A DNA stretch of 64,000 nucleotides from a virus. Under the pieces are notes generated by a model. The model worked only from the letters and a program-made list of their open reading frames with translations, was not told the origin of the DNA and ran no database searches. Below, piece after piece: positions 9,676 to 20,157 of the stretch (within the stretch, counting starts at the first letter, position 1; the number at the start of each line of letters is the position of its first letter). The position numbers were made by a program, and so were the translations under genes. Where the stretch lies: positions 96,001 through 160,000 of IMG/VR virus record IMGVR_UViG_3300025889_000073. The stretch is one strand, 5' to 3'.

Positions 9676-12600
9676 ATGGCACTTGTACAAAACTTTAATG
9701 TAAATCCTTATTACGATGATTATGACGAAGATAAAAAATTTCTTCGTATGTTGTTTCGTCCAGGTTATTCTGTTCAAGCAAGAGAACTAACTCAATTACA
9801 AACTATTTTACAAAAACAAGTAGAAAGATTTGGTAATCACATTTTCACAAGCGGTTCAACAGTTTCAGGCGCAGAAATTCAAATTTCAACCAGTCGTGTT
9901 TATCATAAATTAGAAACAACAACCAGTGCCGGGAATGCTATTGATGTCAATAACTTTCTAGGTAAAACAATAGGAAATGCTCATGCTTTGGCTTCTGGTG
10001 GAGGTTTAGGTAAAGTAATTGCTGTTTTTGAAGCAGAAGGCTCCGACCCTCCCACAATTATTGTTTCCTACACTACAGGTTTAGAATTGGTTGATGGTGA
10101 AACATTCTTCACAATCGATGATGATTTATTTGAAGCACGTTTAGTTTCTTCAAGCTCTTCTGGTAAATGTTCTGTCTGTCAAGTTGGTGAAGGAATTCTT
10201 TACATTGAAGGTTTTTTTGTTAAAATTAATCCTCAAACATTAGTACTAGACAAATATACTAATGATAGTACATATCGTGTTGGTATTCAATATGATGAGT
10301 ACATAGTTGATTCTGCTTCAGACACATCACTTTTAGACCCGGCTCTAAACGCTTCAAATTATCAAGCTCCTGGTGCAAACAGATATAAAGTTGAATTAAC
10401 TTTAGCAAAAAGATTAATTAATTCTACAGATGATACGAAGTTTTTTGAGTTTAAAAGAATTATAAATGGTGAAACTACCAAAACAAGAGATAGTACAATT
10501 TATTCAGACCTATTGAATTATATGGCTGAAAGAACTTATGATGAATCTGGTAATTATACAGTAAATCCATTTAAAATTTATTTAAAAGACCATGTTCCTG
10601 CAATTGGAGGAACTTCTGATGAAACCAAATTTACAGCAAAATTGAGTGAAGGTCATGCATACGTTAGAGGATATTCTGTTGGTAAAAAATCTTCAACAAA
10701 TTTGACTATAGATAAAGCAAGAGATGTTCAATCTGTACAGAATTATAATATTAATACACCTTATGGAAATTATTTAACTGTTGCTAATACAAAAGGTTTA
10801 TTTGATATTAGTGAAATGGCTACATATGATTTACATATTGTTCAGCCTCAACAACTAGAATTAGCAAATACGAGAACTTATGAAAATTCAAAAATTGGAA
10901 CAACTCGTATTAGAGAAATTGAATATGATTCTGCTGTTGATACTACTAATGGTGAAACACACAAACACCGCCTATATCTATTTGACACGAGATTTATTCC
11001 ATTTACAGGAAATCCAGTTGCAGCAACAACAAATTCAATAACATTACCGCTAAATGGTTATTCTTCTGCTGTTACTAATGCATATGTTGGTGCTACAATA
11101 AGAATTTCTGCCGGTACCGGTGCTGATAATGTAAAACACACCATTACTTCATATGCACCAGTAACAAGAATAGCAACAATTGAAGATAACTTTTCAACAA
11201 CACCAACTTCAGGTTCAACATTTGTTATTGATTATAATATTAAAGATATTGAATCAGTAGCTAAAATAAATGCTGCTGTTAAAATTATTAGTTCTGCTAA
11301 TGTTGCTAATGCTAATAAAGTTGATTCTTTAGCTTCTGGAGATACTTTTTATTCTGAAACGGATGGTAAAGGTTTGGTCTTTAGAGTTCCTCAAAGTTTT
11401 GTTGAATTTGGAATGACAGATAAACAGTTCAGAGGAAAATATGTTTGGAAAAACGTACAAGTTACTTCTGGTCTTGCCTCAATATCAACAGGTTCAATAT
11501 CAGCAACAAATTTGACAAACAGAGCTTTTGTTGGTACCGGTGGTTTATCGGATTCTGTAAAAAGAGAACATTTTATTGTGACCGCAAATACAATGGGTGC
11601 AGCTACAGCATTTACAAATGGTGAATTGATTCCAATGGATAGTTCACTAACAAGGAATATTAGTGTTAGTCCGTCAACAACTGCATCATTTAATTTTAAC
11701 ACCTCTCAAAACTTTACTGTTGATATTGTAGCTACTGTTGATTTTAACTCGGCAGAACAGAAAACAAAAACACTTGTTACTGCCAATACAACAGTTGTTG
11801 GACCAGGAACTTCTTATTCTGTAGGAGGTTCAACTGTTTATCCTGACGATGGACAAATAGCAATACCCACACCAAATAAAATTCCAGGAAGTTCAGACAG
11901 TTTGTATACATCTGATATTTTTAAATTGGAAGGAAAATTTCAAGAAGAATATGGATATTTTTCCACAATTACAGGCGGAATTACAAAACGCAGTTCATTT
12001 AGAGTTATCGATTCTTTAAATATATCTAATCCAGTTTCAAATGCAGATTTGTCTGACACTTCTAAAGACATTACAGATAGATATATTTTAAATGATGGTC
12101 AAAGAGATGAATATTATGACCACGGTTCAATTACATTGAGACCTGGTTTTCCTCCACCAACAGGACAAATATTGGTATTATTTAATTATTTTGACCACGG
12201 TAGTGGTACAACAGGTTATTTTAATTTAGATTCCTATAATCAAAACACTTCTTTAGATTCAGTAGAATCAGTAAGATACGCTAAGATTCCTTTGTTTAGA
12301 AGTCCAACTTCAGGAAAAACATACAAGTTAAGAGATTGTATTGATTTTAGACCTAGAAGAACAGATAGAGACACAAGTATACCTAATTTCGAATTGACTG
12401 GTATATCTATACCCAAGTCTGGTGAATCTTTGGATTGTGATTATTCTTATTATTTACCTAGAATAGACAGAATCGTTATTCGAGATGATTTGAAATTTGA
12501 TGTTATTAGAGGAATACCTGCTATAACTCCTCAAACACCAAACGAGCCACCAAACGCAATGACATTGTATACGTTGAGTGTTTTTCCATTTACATTTTTT

Positions 12601-14937
12601 CCAACAGTTGATACTCAAGTTAAATATGTCGAAAATAAACGATATACGATGCGTGACATTGGTAAGTTAGAAAAGCGTATTAGTAATTTGGAATATTATA
12701 CATCTTTAAATACTTTAGAAAAATCTACTCAAGACTTAACGGTTTTGGATAGTAACGGATTAGAAAGATTTAAAAATGGTATTTTAGTTGATGCTTTTAG
12801 AGGACACCAAGTTGGTGACGTTACTAATTTAGATTACAAATGTTCAATTAATGCTAAAGGTGGAGAATTAAGGCCTTCGTTTACACAAAAGGGTTATAAT
12901 TTTCAAGTCAATACTTCAATAAGTACTGTAACGACACATTCTGGTGTTATTTCTTCACCAGCTTACACAATTCAACCTTTAATAGAACAGAATATAGCCT
13001 CAAAGAGTTTATCTGTTAATCCTTTCACACTCAATAATTATATTGGCACAATTAAATTTTGGCCTGCTGGAGATTTTTGGATTGATACAGAGACTAGGCC
13101 AGATGTTTTAATTAATTTAGATGGCGAAAATGATGCTTGGGAAGCAATTGGTGCTGCATTTGAAGATTTACGGCCAGCTGGTTTTGAACAGAATTGGGAT
13201 CCTTGGAGTGCAAATTTTGCTGGTAAATATCAAGAAGACACCGTAACTACAACACAAGATTATTCAGAAGGTTATTTAGATTATCAAGACACAATTGAAA
13301 CTACTTATGGTATTCAATATTATTCTAGAGAAAGAACTGGTACACAAAACACTATTGTTCCCGAAAGAGTATATGCTGATATTGGTAGAAGGCAAGTAGA
13401 TTTGAGTGTCATACCTTATATTAGAGAACAATACATTTACGCTAAAGTTACTGGATTAAAACCTAACATTTATCATTACATTTATGGTGAACAAGGTGAT
13501 GATGATGACACAAAATATTTTGAACATCCTTCGGTTGCTTGGTTATATGATGTTAATGGTATTTTTAATGATAAGTATGGAATTTTTGAAGAAGTGACAT
13601 CCAGTAGTGGAGGAACGGCAAGGGTCATGAAAGCTTCAACAAGAAGTTGGTCATTGGAAAGTCCATTCATATATCTTTCTGATGTTAGAGGTGATTGGAA
13701 TCTAAATGACACAATTACTGGTTCTGTTAGTGGAAGTACTGCAAAAATTGATGTTATGTTTTGGAATAATGGTAACGTCATTTCTTCTGGTGCTAACACA
13801 TTAGAGATGGGTTCAGGTGCTCCATACGATGACCTTTATGTTGATGTTCCAGCCGAATATGCAGGATTAACATTCAATTCTGGTTCCAAAACTTTAGAAG
13901 ATGCAAAAACCGTTAATGAATTTTATAACGTAAGAATTATTTCGGGTACAGGTATTGGTCAACAAAGAACAATTACTGCATATAATGGAACAACAAAAGT
14001 TGCGACATTAGATTCCAATTGGGATGTTCAACCTGATAGCACTTCTAGATGGTCGGTCGGTAGATTGCAATCGGATGACCACGGTGAATGCCACGGCAGA
14101 TGGTTTTTACCAAATTATTCACCCACAACATATGATAACGGTAGACGATATTTAACAGGAACTAGATTAATCAGATTCACAGATTCTTATTTAAATAATC
14201 CTTTAGCTTGTTCATCTATGGCAGAAGAAAATTGGATTGCTCAAGGTGTTTTGAATACTGTTGAAAATGTAACAGTTTCTGTTCGTGTACCAACAATTGT
14301 ACCTGTGCAAATTTATGACCTGGAAGAAAATTATACATACGAATCTTCGGTTGTTGATACTGAAGTTGTGGGTACAGTTTTAGTTAAAGATCGTACTCCG
14401 CCGCCTCCATCAGCAGGTAGTGGATGTAAAATTATCTGTGCTCAAATGTCCGATTTAGGATTTTTCTCGCCTGAAATCAATGATGCGGACCAAAGATTTG
14501 GCAGAAGATTACAAAGAAGATTTCCAAGAATTTATAATGGATACGTTTATTGGGCAAAAACTATTGTTGATTGGAACAAAGGAAAAGGTCCAAATCTGTA
14601 TCTTTGGGACATGAAAGATAATGGTGAAATGCAAAAAAATATTTCTTTGTATATGACACAGGAGTTAGCAAGACCTTGGTCGCAAGAAATGGCCAAATTG
14701 GAAGGAGTTAAAACAAACACCTCGATTACAGGTAAATTTATATTCTGGTTTGGTTTCTTAATCTCTGCTCTTGTCGGTTTATTTAAGCCTGATATAACAA
14801 AATCGGATTCTAAACTAAAAGGTTATACAATTTTGACCATTATGTTGACAATGTTTACCGCAATTAAATTTGTCAAGTTAATCGGTAAACCATTTGGTTT
14901 TTTAAAAAATTTAAAACAAAAATTAATTAGGAATTAA
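9676..14937 (+). CDS. Large virion structural protein, DUF4815/VrlC-like N-terminal part, with a C-terminal KIIC domain and two hydrophobic helices
   Basis: NFNVNPYYDDY...K.F.R.LFRPGY.VQARELTQLQ, APGA.RYK, RTYDESG.Y, RYTMRDIGKLEKRI.NLEYYTSL and RFKNG..VD.F motifs typical of this T4-like family. Confidence 0.85.
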   Translation: MALVQNFNVNPYYDDYDEDKKFLRMLFRPGYSVQARELTQLQTILQKQVERFGNHIFTSGSTVSGAEIQISTSRVYHKLETTTSAGNAIDVNNFLGKTIGNAHALASGGGLGKVIAVFEAEGSDPPTIIVSYTTGLELVDGETFFTIDDDLFEARLVSSSSSGKCSVCQVGEGILYIEGFFVKINPQTLVLDKYTNDSTYRVGIQYDEYIVDSASDTSLLDPALNASNYQAPGANRYKVELTLAKRLINSTDDTKFFEFKRIINGETTKTRDSTIYSDLLNYMAERTYDESGNYTVNPFKIYLKDHVPAIGGTSDETKFTAKLSEGHAYVRGYSVGKKSSTNLTIDKARDVQSVQNYNINTPYGNYLTVANTKGLFDISEMATYDLHIVQPQQLELANTRTYENSKIGTTRIREIEYDSAVDTTNGETHKHRLYLFDTRFIPFTGNPVAATTNSITLPLNGYSSAVTNAYVGATIRISAGTGADNVKHTITSYAPVTRIATIEDNFSTTPTSGSTFVIDYNIKDIESVAKINAAVKIISSANVANANKVDSLASGDTFYSETDGKGLVFRVPQSFVEFGMTDKQFRGKYVWKNVQVTSGLASISTGSISATNLTNRAFVGTGGLSDSVKREHFIVTANTMGAATAFTNGELIPMDSSLTRNISVSPSTTASFNFNTSQNFTVDIVATVDFNSAEQKTKTLVTANTTVVGPGTSYSVGGSTVYPDDGQIAIPTPNKIPGSSDSLYTSDIFKLEGKFQEEYGYFSTITGGITKRSSFRVIDSLNISNPVSNADLSDTSKDITDRYILNDGQRDEYYDHGSITLRPGFPPPTGQILVLFNYFDHGSGTTGYFNLDSYNQNTSLDSVESVRYAKIPLFRSPTSGKTYKLRDCIDFRPRRTDRDTSIPNFELTGISIPKSGESLDCDYSYYLPRIDRIVIRDDLKFDVIRGIPAITPQTPNEPPNAMTLYTLSVFPFTFFPTVDTQVKYVENKRYTMRDIGKLEKRISNLEYYTSLNTLEKSTQDLTVLDSNGLERFKNGILVDAFRGHQVGDVTNLDYKCSINAKGGELRPSFTQKGYNFQVNTSISTVTTHSGVISSPAYTIQPLIEQNIASKSLSVNPFTLNNYIGTIKFWPAGDFWIDTETRPDVLINLDGENDAWEAIGAAFEDLRPAGFEQNWDPWSANFAGKYQEDTVTTTQDYSEGYLDYQDTIETTYGIQYYSRERTGTQNTIVPERVYADIGRRQVDLSVIPYIREQYIYAKVTGLKPNIYHYIYGEQGDDDDTKYFEHPSVAWLYDVNGIFNDKYGIFEEVTSSSGGTARVMKASTRSWSLESPFIYLSDVRGDWNLNDTITGSVSGSTAKIDVMFWNNGNVISSGANTLEMGSGAPYDDLYVDVPAEYAGLTFNSGSKTLEDAKTVNEFYNVRIISGTGIGQQRTITAYNGTTKVATLDSNWDVQPDSTSRWSVGRLQSDDHGECHGRWFLPNYSPTTYDNGRRYLTGTRLIRFTDSYLNNPLACSSMAEENWIAQGVLNTVENVTVSVRVPTIVPVQIYDLEENYTYESSVVDTEVVGTVLVKDRTPPPPSAGSGCKIICAQMSDLGFFSPEINDADQRFGRRLQRRFPRIYNGYVYWAKTIVDWNKGKGPNLYLWDMKDNGEMQKNISLYMTQELARPWSQEMAKLEGVKTNTSITGKFIFWFGFLISALVGLFKPDITKSDSKLKGYTILTIMLTMFTAIKFVKLIGKPFGFLKNLKQKLIRN

Positions 14938-14938
14938 T

Positions 14939-16474
14939 ATGGCCGGATTTATTGACCCAGTAGCGCAAACATTTTTTGTTGATGCAGGACTTCATCGTAA
15001 AGGTGTTTATGTGCATAGTGTTGATTTGGTGTTTTATAGAAAAGACACCACAACTTATCAACCTTTTAAACTACAATTAAGACCTACAGTTAATGGTTAT
15101 CCACATTCTTCTATGATACACAGTAGTGCTTCTTTAGGTGAAGTTTCTTTGTTGCCTGAAGATATTAATATCGTAGATTTGGAGACTACAGTTCCCAATT
15201 TGAATAATTCGAATCATTATACTAGATTTGTATTTGGAGCTCCTGTACACTTATTACCTGGTGAACACGCTATAGTGATGTATACAAATTCAGATAATTA
15301 TTCGGTGTATGTTTCCGAAATTGGAGATGTTAGATTAGGCGATACAACAGGAAGAAGAATTGATAAACAGCCTTATGTTGGTTCTTTTTTCAAATCCCAA
15401 AACGGTTCAACGTATACAGCTTCACAAGAAATTGACTTAATGTTTAGAGTTAATTTTTGTCAATTTTCAAATGTTCAAAAAGTTCTTTATGCTGACAATG
15501 TTTTTCCAGAAGCTAATTTAGAATATGATATTGTAAAATTAACTTCACGAGATTTAAGTTTTCAAAATACCAGTATAAGTTATTCTTATTTGGGTACATC
15601 AAATACAACTTTGACATTAGGTTCCACTTACGATGATATCATTTTAGAAAAAGATGATTATTTAAATGAACGTAATATAGTATTAAATGACAAGCTTTCA
15701 TTTCGAATTAAAGCTTTAATGAGTACAGAAGACCCAGATGTTGCTCCAATTGTTGATGTTGAAGGATTAGGACTCATTTCAACAAAATATCATATCAATG
15801 ATTGTGGATTGCAAGCGTCTAATTTTTCCATTACAAATCCTGGTTCTGGTTATTCAGCTAATGTTAATTTAACTATTACAGGTTTAAATGGCCAAGGTTC
15901 TGGAGCTGTTGCTAAAGGTGTATACAATTCCGTAACAGGAAAAATTGATAGTGTTGAAGTAACCAATCCTGGAAGTGGATATGTTGATGGTATAACAGTA
16001 ACTCCGGCATCAGGTTCTGCTACGTTTTATATTGAATCAGAATTAGATAATAAAGGTGGCCCAGCTTTGGCTAGATACATTACAAGAAATGTAACTTTAA
16101 ATGATGGTTTTGATGCTAATTATATTAGAGTTATATTAGATGGTTATCAACCTCAAGACTCTACAATAGAAGTGTATTATAGAGTTTTAGCTGATGAGGA
16201 TCCAACATTTTTTACAGATAGACCTTATGTTAGAATGAGAAATGTTCAACAAGGCAATGAAAATTTATTAAATTCTACAAGAGCTTCTATTCCAGGACAA
16301 TTTATAGAATATCTGTTTATACCTGAAACCGATGACACTTCTTATATTAGTAATCAAAATGGTATTTTATATAATACATTCAAAACATTTTCTATTAAAA
16401 TTGTTATGAGAACTGCAAATCCTGCTCGAACTCCTATAATTAAAAACTTGAGAGTATTGGCATTAGCACCATGA
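14939..16474 (+). CDS. Virion structural protein matching the C-terminal portion of the VrlC/DUF4815-like family
   Basis: Starts DPVAQTFFV; contains QPYVGSFFKSQNGST...Q..DL.F and ends F.TF.IKIV......P.IK.LR.+ALA. Confidence 0.8.
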   Translation: MAGFIDPVAQTFFVDAGLHRKGVYVHSVDLVFYRKDTTTYQPFKLQLRPTVNGYPHSSMIHSSASLGEVSLLPEDINIVDLETTVPNLNNSNHYTRFVFGAPVHLLPGEHAIVMYTNSDNYSVYVSEIGDVRLGDTTGRRIDKQPYVGSFFKSQNGSTYTASQEIDLMFRVNFCQFSNVQKVLYADNVFPEANLEYDIVKLTSRDLSFQNTSISYSYLGTSNTTLTLGSTYDDIILEKDDYLNERNIVLNDKLSFRIKALMSTEDPDVAPIVDVEGLGLISTKYHINDCGLQASNFSITNPGSGYSANVNLTITGLNGQGSGAVAKGVYNSVTGKIDSVEVTNPGSGYVDGITVTPASGSATFYIESELDNKGGPALARYITRNVTLNDGFDANYIRVILDGYQPQDSTIEVYYRVLADEDPTFFTDRPYVRMRNVQQGNENLLNSTRASIPGQFIEYLFIPETDDTSYISNQNGILYNTFKTFSIKIVMRTANPARTPIIKNLRVLALAP

Positions 16475-16713
16475 GTACCGTAGATAATACAATTGTTGTA
16501 CAAACAGAAGATAAAAATCTTTTAAGAGATACTAACTCTAAAGGATTGTTGTTTAATAATAAAGCAGAATTGCAAAAATATCAATCTAGAAAAAACTTTA
16601 TGGCCAGTATTAAACAAGAGAAAATGCAAGAGAATTCTAGAATACAAAAATTAGAAAATGAAATGAGTGAAATTAAAAACTTACTTCTTCAACTAATAGA
16701 AAAAGAGAAATAA
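16471..16713 (+). CDS. Small coiled-coil protein, typical neighbour of the VrlC-like gene
   Basis: L.RD..S.+++..N motif and LE.E+SEIK.LL.QL coil; start overlaps the upstream stop. Confidence 0.75.
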   Translation: MSTVDNTIVVQTEDKNLLRDTNSKGLLFNNKAELQKYQSRKNFMASIKQEKMQENSRIQKLENEMSEIKNLLLQLIEKEK

Positions 16714-17043
16714 ATGGCCGGATATTCAGAACTTACGATAGAACAAGGAGCCACGTTTTCTACTGATATCACAATAAGTGAACCATCAGGAGACCCTATA
16801 AATTTGTCTGATTACACAGCTTCTTCTCAAATGAGAAAATCTTATTATTCAAATACTGCGGTTTCTTTAAACGCAACAGTTTCAAACCCCACTTCTGGAA
16901 TAGTTACAATTGGATTAACTGCGGCTCAATCGGCAAATGTTAATCCAGGAAGATATGTTTATGATGTAATTATTACTCGAAATTCTAATGTTACCAGAGT
17001 GGTTGAGGGTATTATAACGGTGTTGCCATCAGTAACGAGGTAA
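16714..17043 (+). CDS. Small beta-rich virion or fibre-adaptor protein
   Basis: L.IEQGATFS....Q+RKSY.S...GRYVYDV....RV+EG...V.P.VTR pattern common in T4-like virion gene clusters. Confidence 0.75.
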   Translation: MAGYSELTIEQGATFSTDITISEPSGDPINLSDYTASSQMRKSYYSNTAVSLNATVSNPTSGIVTIGLTAAQSANVNPGRYVYDVIITRNSNVTRVVEGIITVLPSVTR

Positions 17044-17046
17044 AAA

Positions 17047-17298
17047 ATGCCTATAAATGTTACAATAAACACGACATCGAACCAACAAGTTCAATTAAAA
17101 CCGCCTCCGAAGACTCAGGTTACTGTTTCGAACGCTAGACAACAATATGAACTGAACGATTTAGTTGACGTTGATACGAGTGGTTCCGACAACGGAGAAG
17201 TCTTACAGTTCGATTCGGCAAATAATAAATACATCATAGCGGAACCAACAAATTTAAACTCAAATAACATTACCAACGTAAATGGCGGTCTTTTTTAA
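17047..17298 (+). CDS. Small virion-associated protein
   Basis: L.DL.DVD....G.VL.+D motif; C-terminal GGLF. Confidence 0.65.
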   Translation: MPINVTINTTSNQQVQLKPPPKTQVTVSNARQQYELNDLVDVDTSGSDNGEVLQFDSANNKYIIAEPTNLNSNNITNVNGGLF

Positions 17299-17310
17299 TA
17301 GGAAATAAAA

Positions 17311-18942
17311 ATGGCAAACACAGTAATTCAGTTAAAATGGTCGGAGGTAACAAACACTCCAACAACACTAAATGTCGCTGAACCTGCTTATTCAAATATT
17401 TCCAATAAACTGTTTATTGGATTATCAGATTCTAGTGTAATTGCCATTGGTGGTAAACATTATACAGACATTATTGATGCGGCTACTGCACAAGACACAG
17501 GAGATACCTTAGTTTTAAGGGATGCAGATGGTTCTTTTAGTGCAAATATAATTACTGCTAATGGTATTACCGCTAATATAACCGGTTCAGCAGATTCTCT
17601 AACAACACCTAGATGGTTTAATATCAATGGTGATGTTGACGATTCAAATACAAGTTTTAATGGCACGGCTAATGTTGACATAACCTTAGAATTAAAGAAT
17701 ACTGGTGTTACTGCTGGTGATTATGGTGGATCTTCAAACATTCCTGTTTTTAATGTCGATGAAGACGGTCGAATTGTTTCTGCTGCCAATGTTAGTATCA
17801 CAACATCTTTAGGTATTGCGGCTAATACTGGAACCGATAGTATTGCTCTTGCTACCGATACACTCACCTTTGAAGGTTTAGATGGTGTTGTTACTGAAAT
17901 TGATGCTACTGCAAATAAAGTTAAGTTCAACGTTGACAGTACAGTTATCAGAACATCTGGCGGACAAACAATTGGTGGTGATTTAGCAATTACAGGTAAT
18001 CTTGTAATTAGTGGTGAAACAATCACACAAGATGTATCAACAATAAGAACAGAAGATGCTTTGATAGAAATGGCAGCAAACAATGCTGCTGATGCTGTTG
18101 ATATTGGTTTCTTTGGTCAATACAATGATGGTGTTGACAAATATACAGCTTTCTATCGAGATGCTTCCGATTCTGGCAATTACAAATTATTGGTTAATGG
18201 CACAGAAAAACCACTTGCGGCTAATACTGTAAATGCTACTGCTTTCGCAGTAGGAACTTTGGTTGCAAATATAACTGGAGGAACAGTTTCAGGTTTAACT
18301 TCTGACATTTCAGTTTCCGATGGTGGTACTGGCGCAAGTTCATTTACTGCTGGTCAAATGCTTGTTGGTGATGGAACAAATGCTCTACAGTCATTAGCTA
18401 ATACAGGCACCGCAGGAACATATGCTAATGCATCACACGTTCCTGTAATTACAACAGACGATTATGGTCGTGTTTCTGGTGTGACGCCCACAGCAATTTC
18501 TATTGATGCAGCTGCAATTTCTAGTGGCACATTACCGATCAGCCGTGGTGGTACAAACCAAACATCATTTACTTCTGACCAATTAGTAACCTTTGATGGT
18601 ACATCTTTAGCATCTAGAGCAAATGTATCTCAAACAGCTACGGGTTTGTTGGGTGAAGCAAATACAATTACTTCTCTTTCTTTCGATGGTATAACTGGTG
18701 GTATTACCGCTTATACTTCAGACTTAATATCAATTGGTGCCGCTCAAGTTACTTCAGGTACTTTAATTGTTGAAAGAGGAGGTACAGGAGCATCTTCGTT
18801 TACTGCTAATGGTGTTGTTATTTCTGGAACTACTTCAACCAGTGCTCTTAGCACTTTAACTTCATCAACGGAAGGTCATGTTTTACAAATAAATGCGTCA
18901 GGATTACCAACATTTGCACATTTGCAAGGTGGAACATTCTAA
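17311..18942 (+). CDS. Tail fibre-like protein
   Basis: N-terminal IQLK.S.....P..L...E domain; repeated GGTGASSFTA and P....D..GR+ motifs; T/S/G/A-rich; AGGA Shine-Dalgarno. Confidence 0.8.
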   Translation: MANTVIQLKWSEVTNTPTTLNVAEPAYSNISNKLFIGLSDSSVIAIGGKHYTDIIDAATAQDTGDTLVLRDADGSFSANIITANGITANITGSADSLTTPRWFNINGDVDDSNTSFNGTANVDITLELKNTGVTAGDYGGSSNIPVFNVDEDGRIVSAANVSITTSLGIAANTGTDSIALATDTLTFEGLDGVVTEIDATANKVKFNVDSTVIRTSGGQTIGGDLAITGNLVISGETITQDVSTIRTEDALIEMAANNAADAVDIGFFGQYNDGVDKYTAFYRDASDSGNYKLLVNGTEKPLAANTVNATAFAVGTLVANITGGTVSGLTSDISVSDGGTGASSFTAGQMLVGDGTNALQSLANTGTAGTYANASHVPVITTDDYGRVSGVTPTAISIDAAAISSGTLPISRGGTNQTSFTSDQLVTFDGTSLASRANVSQTATGLLGEANTITSLSFDGITGGITAYTSDLISIGAAQVTSGTLIVERGGTGASSFTANGVVISGTTSTSALSTLTSSTEGHVLQINASGLPTFAHLQGGTF

Positions 18943-18965
18943 ATTTAAAATGAAAAGGAAATATT

Positions 18966-19466
18966 ATGAGTGCAGAGTTTTCAAACAAATACCAGGAGAT
19001 TTTATTTGACAATTTTATATCGATTGTTAAACAAAATTTAATGTTTCAAACTCAAATACAGTTAACGGAAATTGCTGTAAAAGAGCGTGATGAATTGAAA
19101 GAAAAATATGATAAAACTTTAAAAGATTTTAATGAAGCAAAAAATGAAATTGCTCATTTAAAACCTTTTAAAAATAAAGTAGTTGACAATAATACAAATT
19201 TAGAAGACACTAAAAGAATTCAAGGCGCTTTAAACGATTCAATGAAAAAAATTAATGTCTTAAAAGAACAATTTGAAGAATTGAAAAAGTATACTACTGT
19301 TTTAGAATCTTTAATTCCTCCAACAAAATTGAAAAAAATAAAACCTGTAGTTGAAAAACAAAAAAGTGAAGTTGTGATAGATACAATTAAAACTCAATCT
19401 CAACAACCTCAAGAAGTTTTGGTAGAAACACAAGAACCAAAACTTGATAATATAAGTACATTTTAA
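18966..19466 (+). CDS. Coiled-coil hypothetical protein, possible fibre chaperone
   Basis: K/E-rich heptads; AAGGA Shine-Dalgarno. Confidence 0.65.
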   Translation: MSAEFSNKYQEILFDNFISIVKQNLMFQTQIQLTEIAVKERDELKEKYDKTLKDFNEAKNEIAHLKPFKNKVVDNNTNLEDTKRIQGALNDSMKKINVLKEQFEELKKYTTVLESLIPPTKLKKIKPVVEKQKSEVVIDTIKTQSQQPQEVLVETQEPKLDNISTF

Positions 19467-20149
19467 TGTCTAATACAATAATTCAGTTAAAATACTCTAC
19501 AGAAACAGGAAATGTTCCTGTTGATTTGGCTAATGGTGAATTAGCTATAAATCATGCTGATGGTAAATTATTTTTCTTAGGTCAAGGCGGTGTTACCTAT
19601 ACAGATATATATTCTGGTCCAGGTGGATTAGATACTGAAATCCAATTTAATGATTCGGGTATATTAAATGGTAATTCGGGTTTAACATTTGATAAAACAA
19701 CAGCAACATTAACTGTTGGAACTACAAATGTAACTGGAAGAATAGAAGCTTCTTATACTCATGCAAATGGAGCTTTTGATAAAGCAAATGATGTTGGTAC
19801 ATTTTCTCAATCTGCTTATGATGCGGCCAATGCAGCACTAGGTGCAACATCAACACCTTTCACAGCAAATAGTTACTATTACAATGGGACAGGTTCGACA
19901 AGCGTTTTCTATTCACCTTTAGATGAAATTTTATCGGCAAATAATACAATGGTCACACTAGACGGATTGATACAAGTTCCGGGTTTACATTATGTAACAT
20001 CTGCTAATGCAGTATCTTTTTACTCCACACCAACACTAAATACTGTTATCGAAATCAGAACACTACAAAATTTAGCTTCTGGTGTTGAAGACCAAGTCGG
20101 TGCTTCTCAATCAGAATCTATTGCTTATGCAATAGCTCTTGGGGGTTAA
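19466..20149 (+). CDS. Fibre-associated protein with an N-terminus paralogous to 17311
   Basis: MSNTIIQLKYS...P..LANGELAIN.ADGKLF; GG.DTEIQFND.G; ends SIAYAIALGG. Confidence 0.75.
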   Translation: MSNTIIQLKYSTETGNVPVDLANGELAINHADGKLFFLGQGGVTYTDIYSGPGGLDTEIQFNDSGILNGNSGLTFDKTTATLTVGTTNVTGRIEASYTHANGAFDKANDVGTFSQSAYDAANAALGATSTPFTANSYYYNGTGSTSVFYSPLDEILSANNTMVTLDGLIQVPGLHYVTSANAVSFYSTPTLNTVIEIRTLQNLASGVEDQVGASQSESIAYAIALGG

Positions 20150-20157
20150 TAGGAAAA

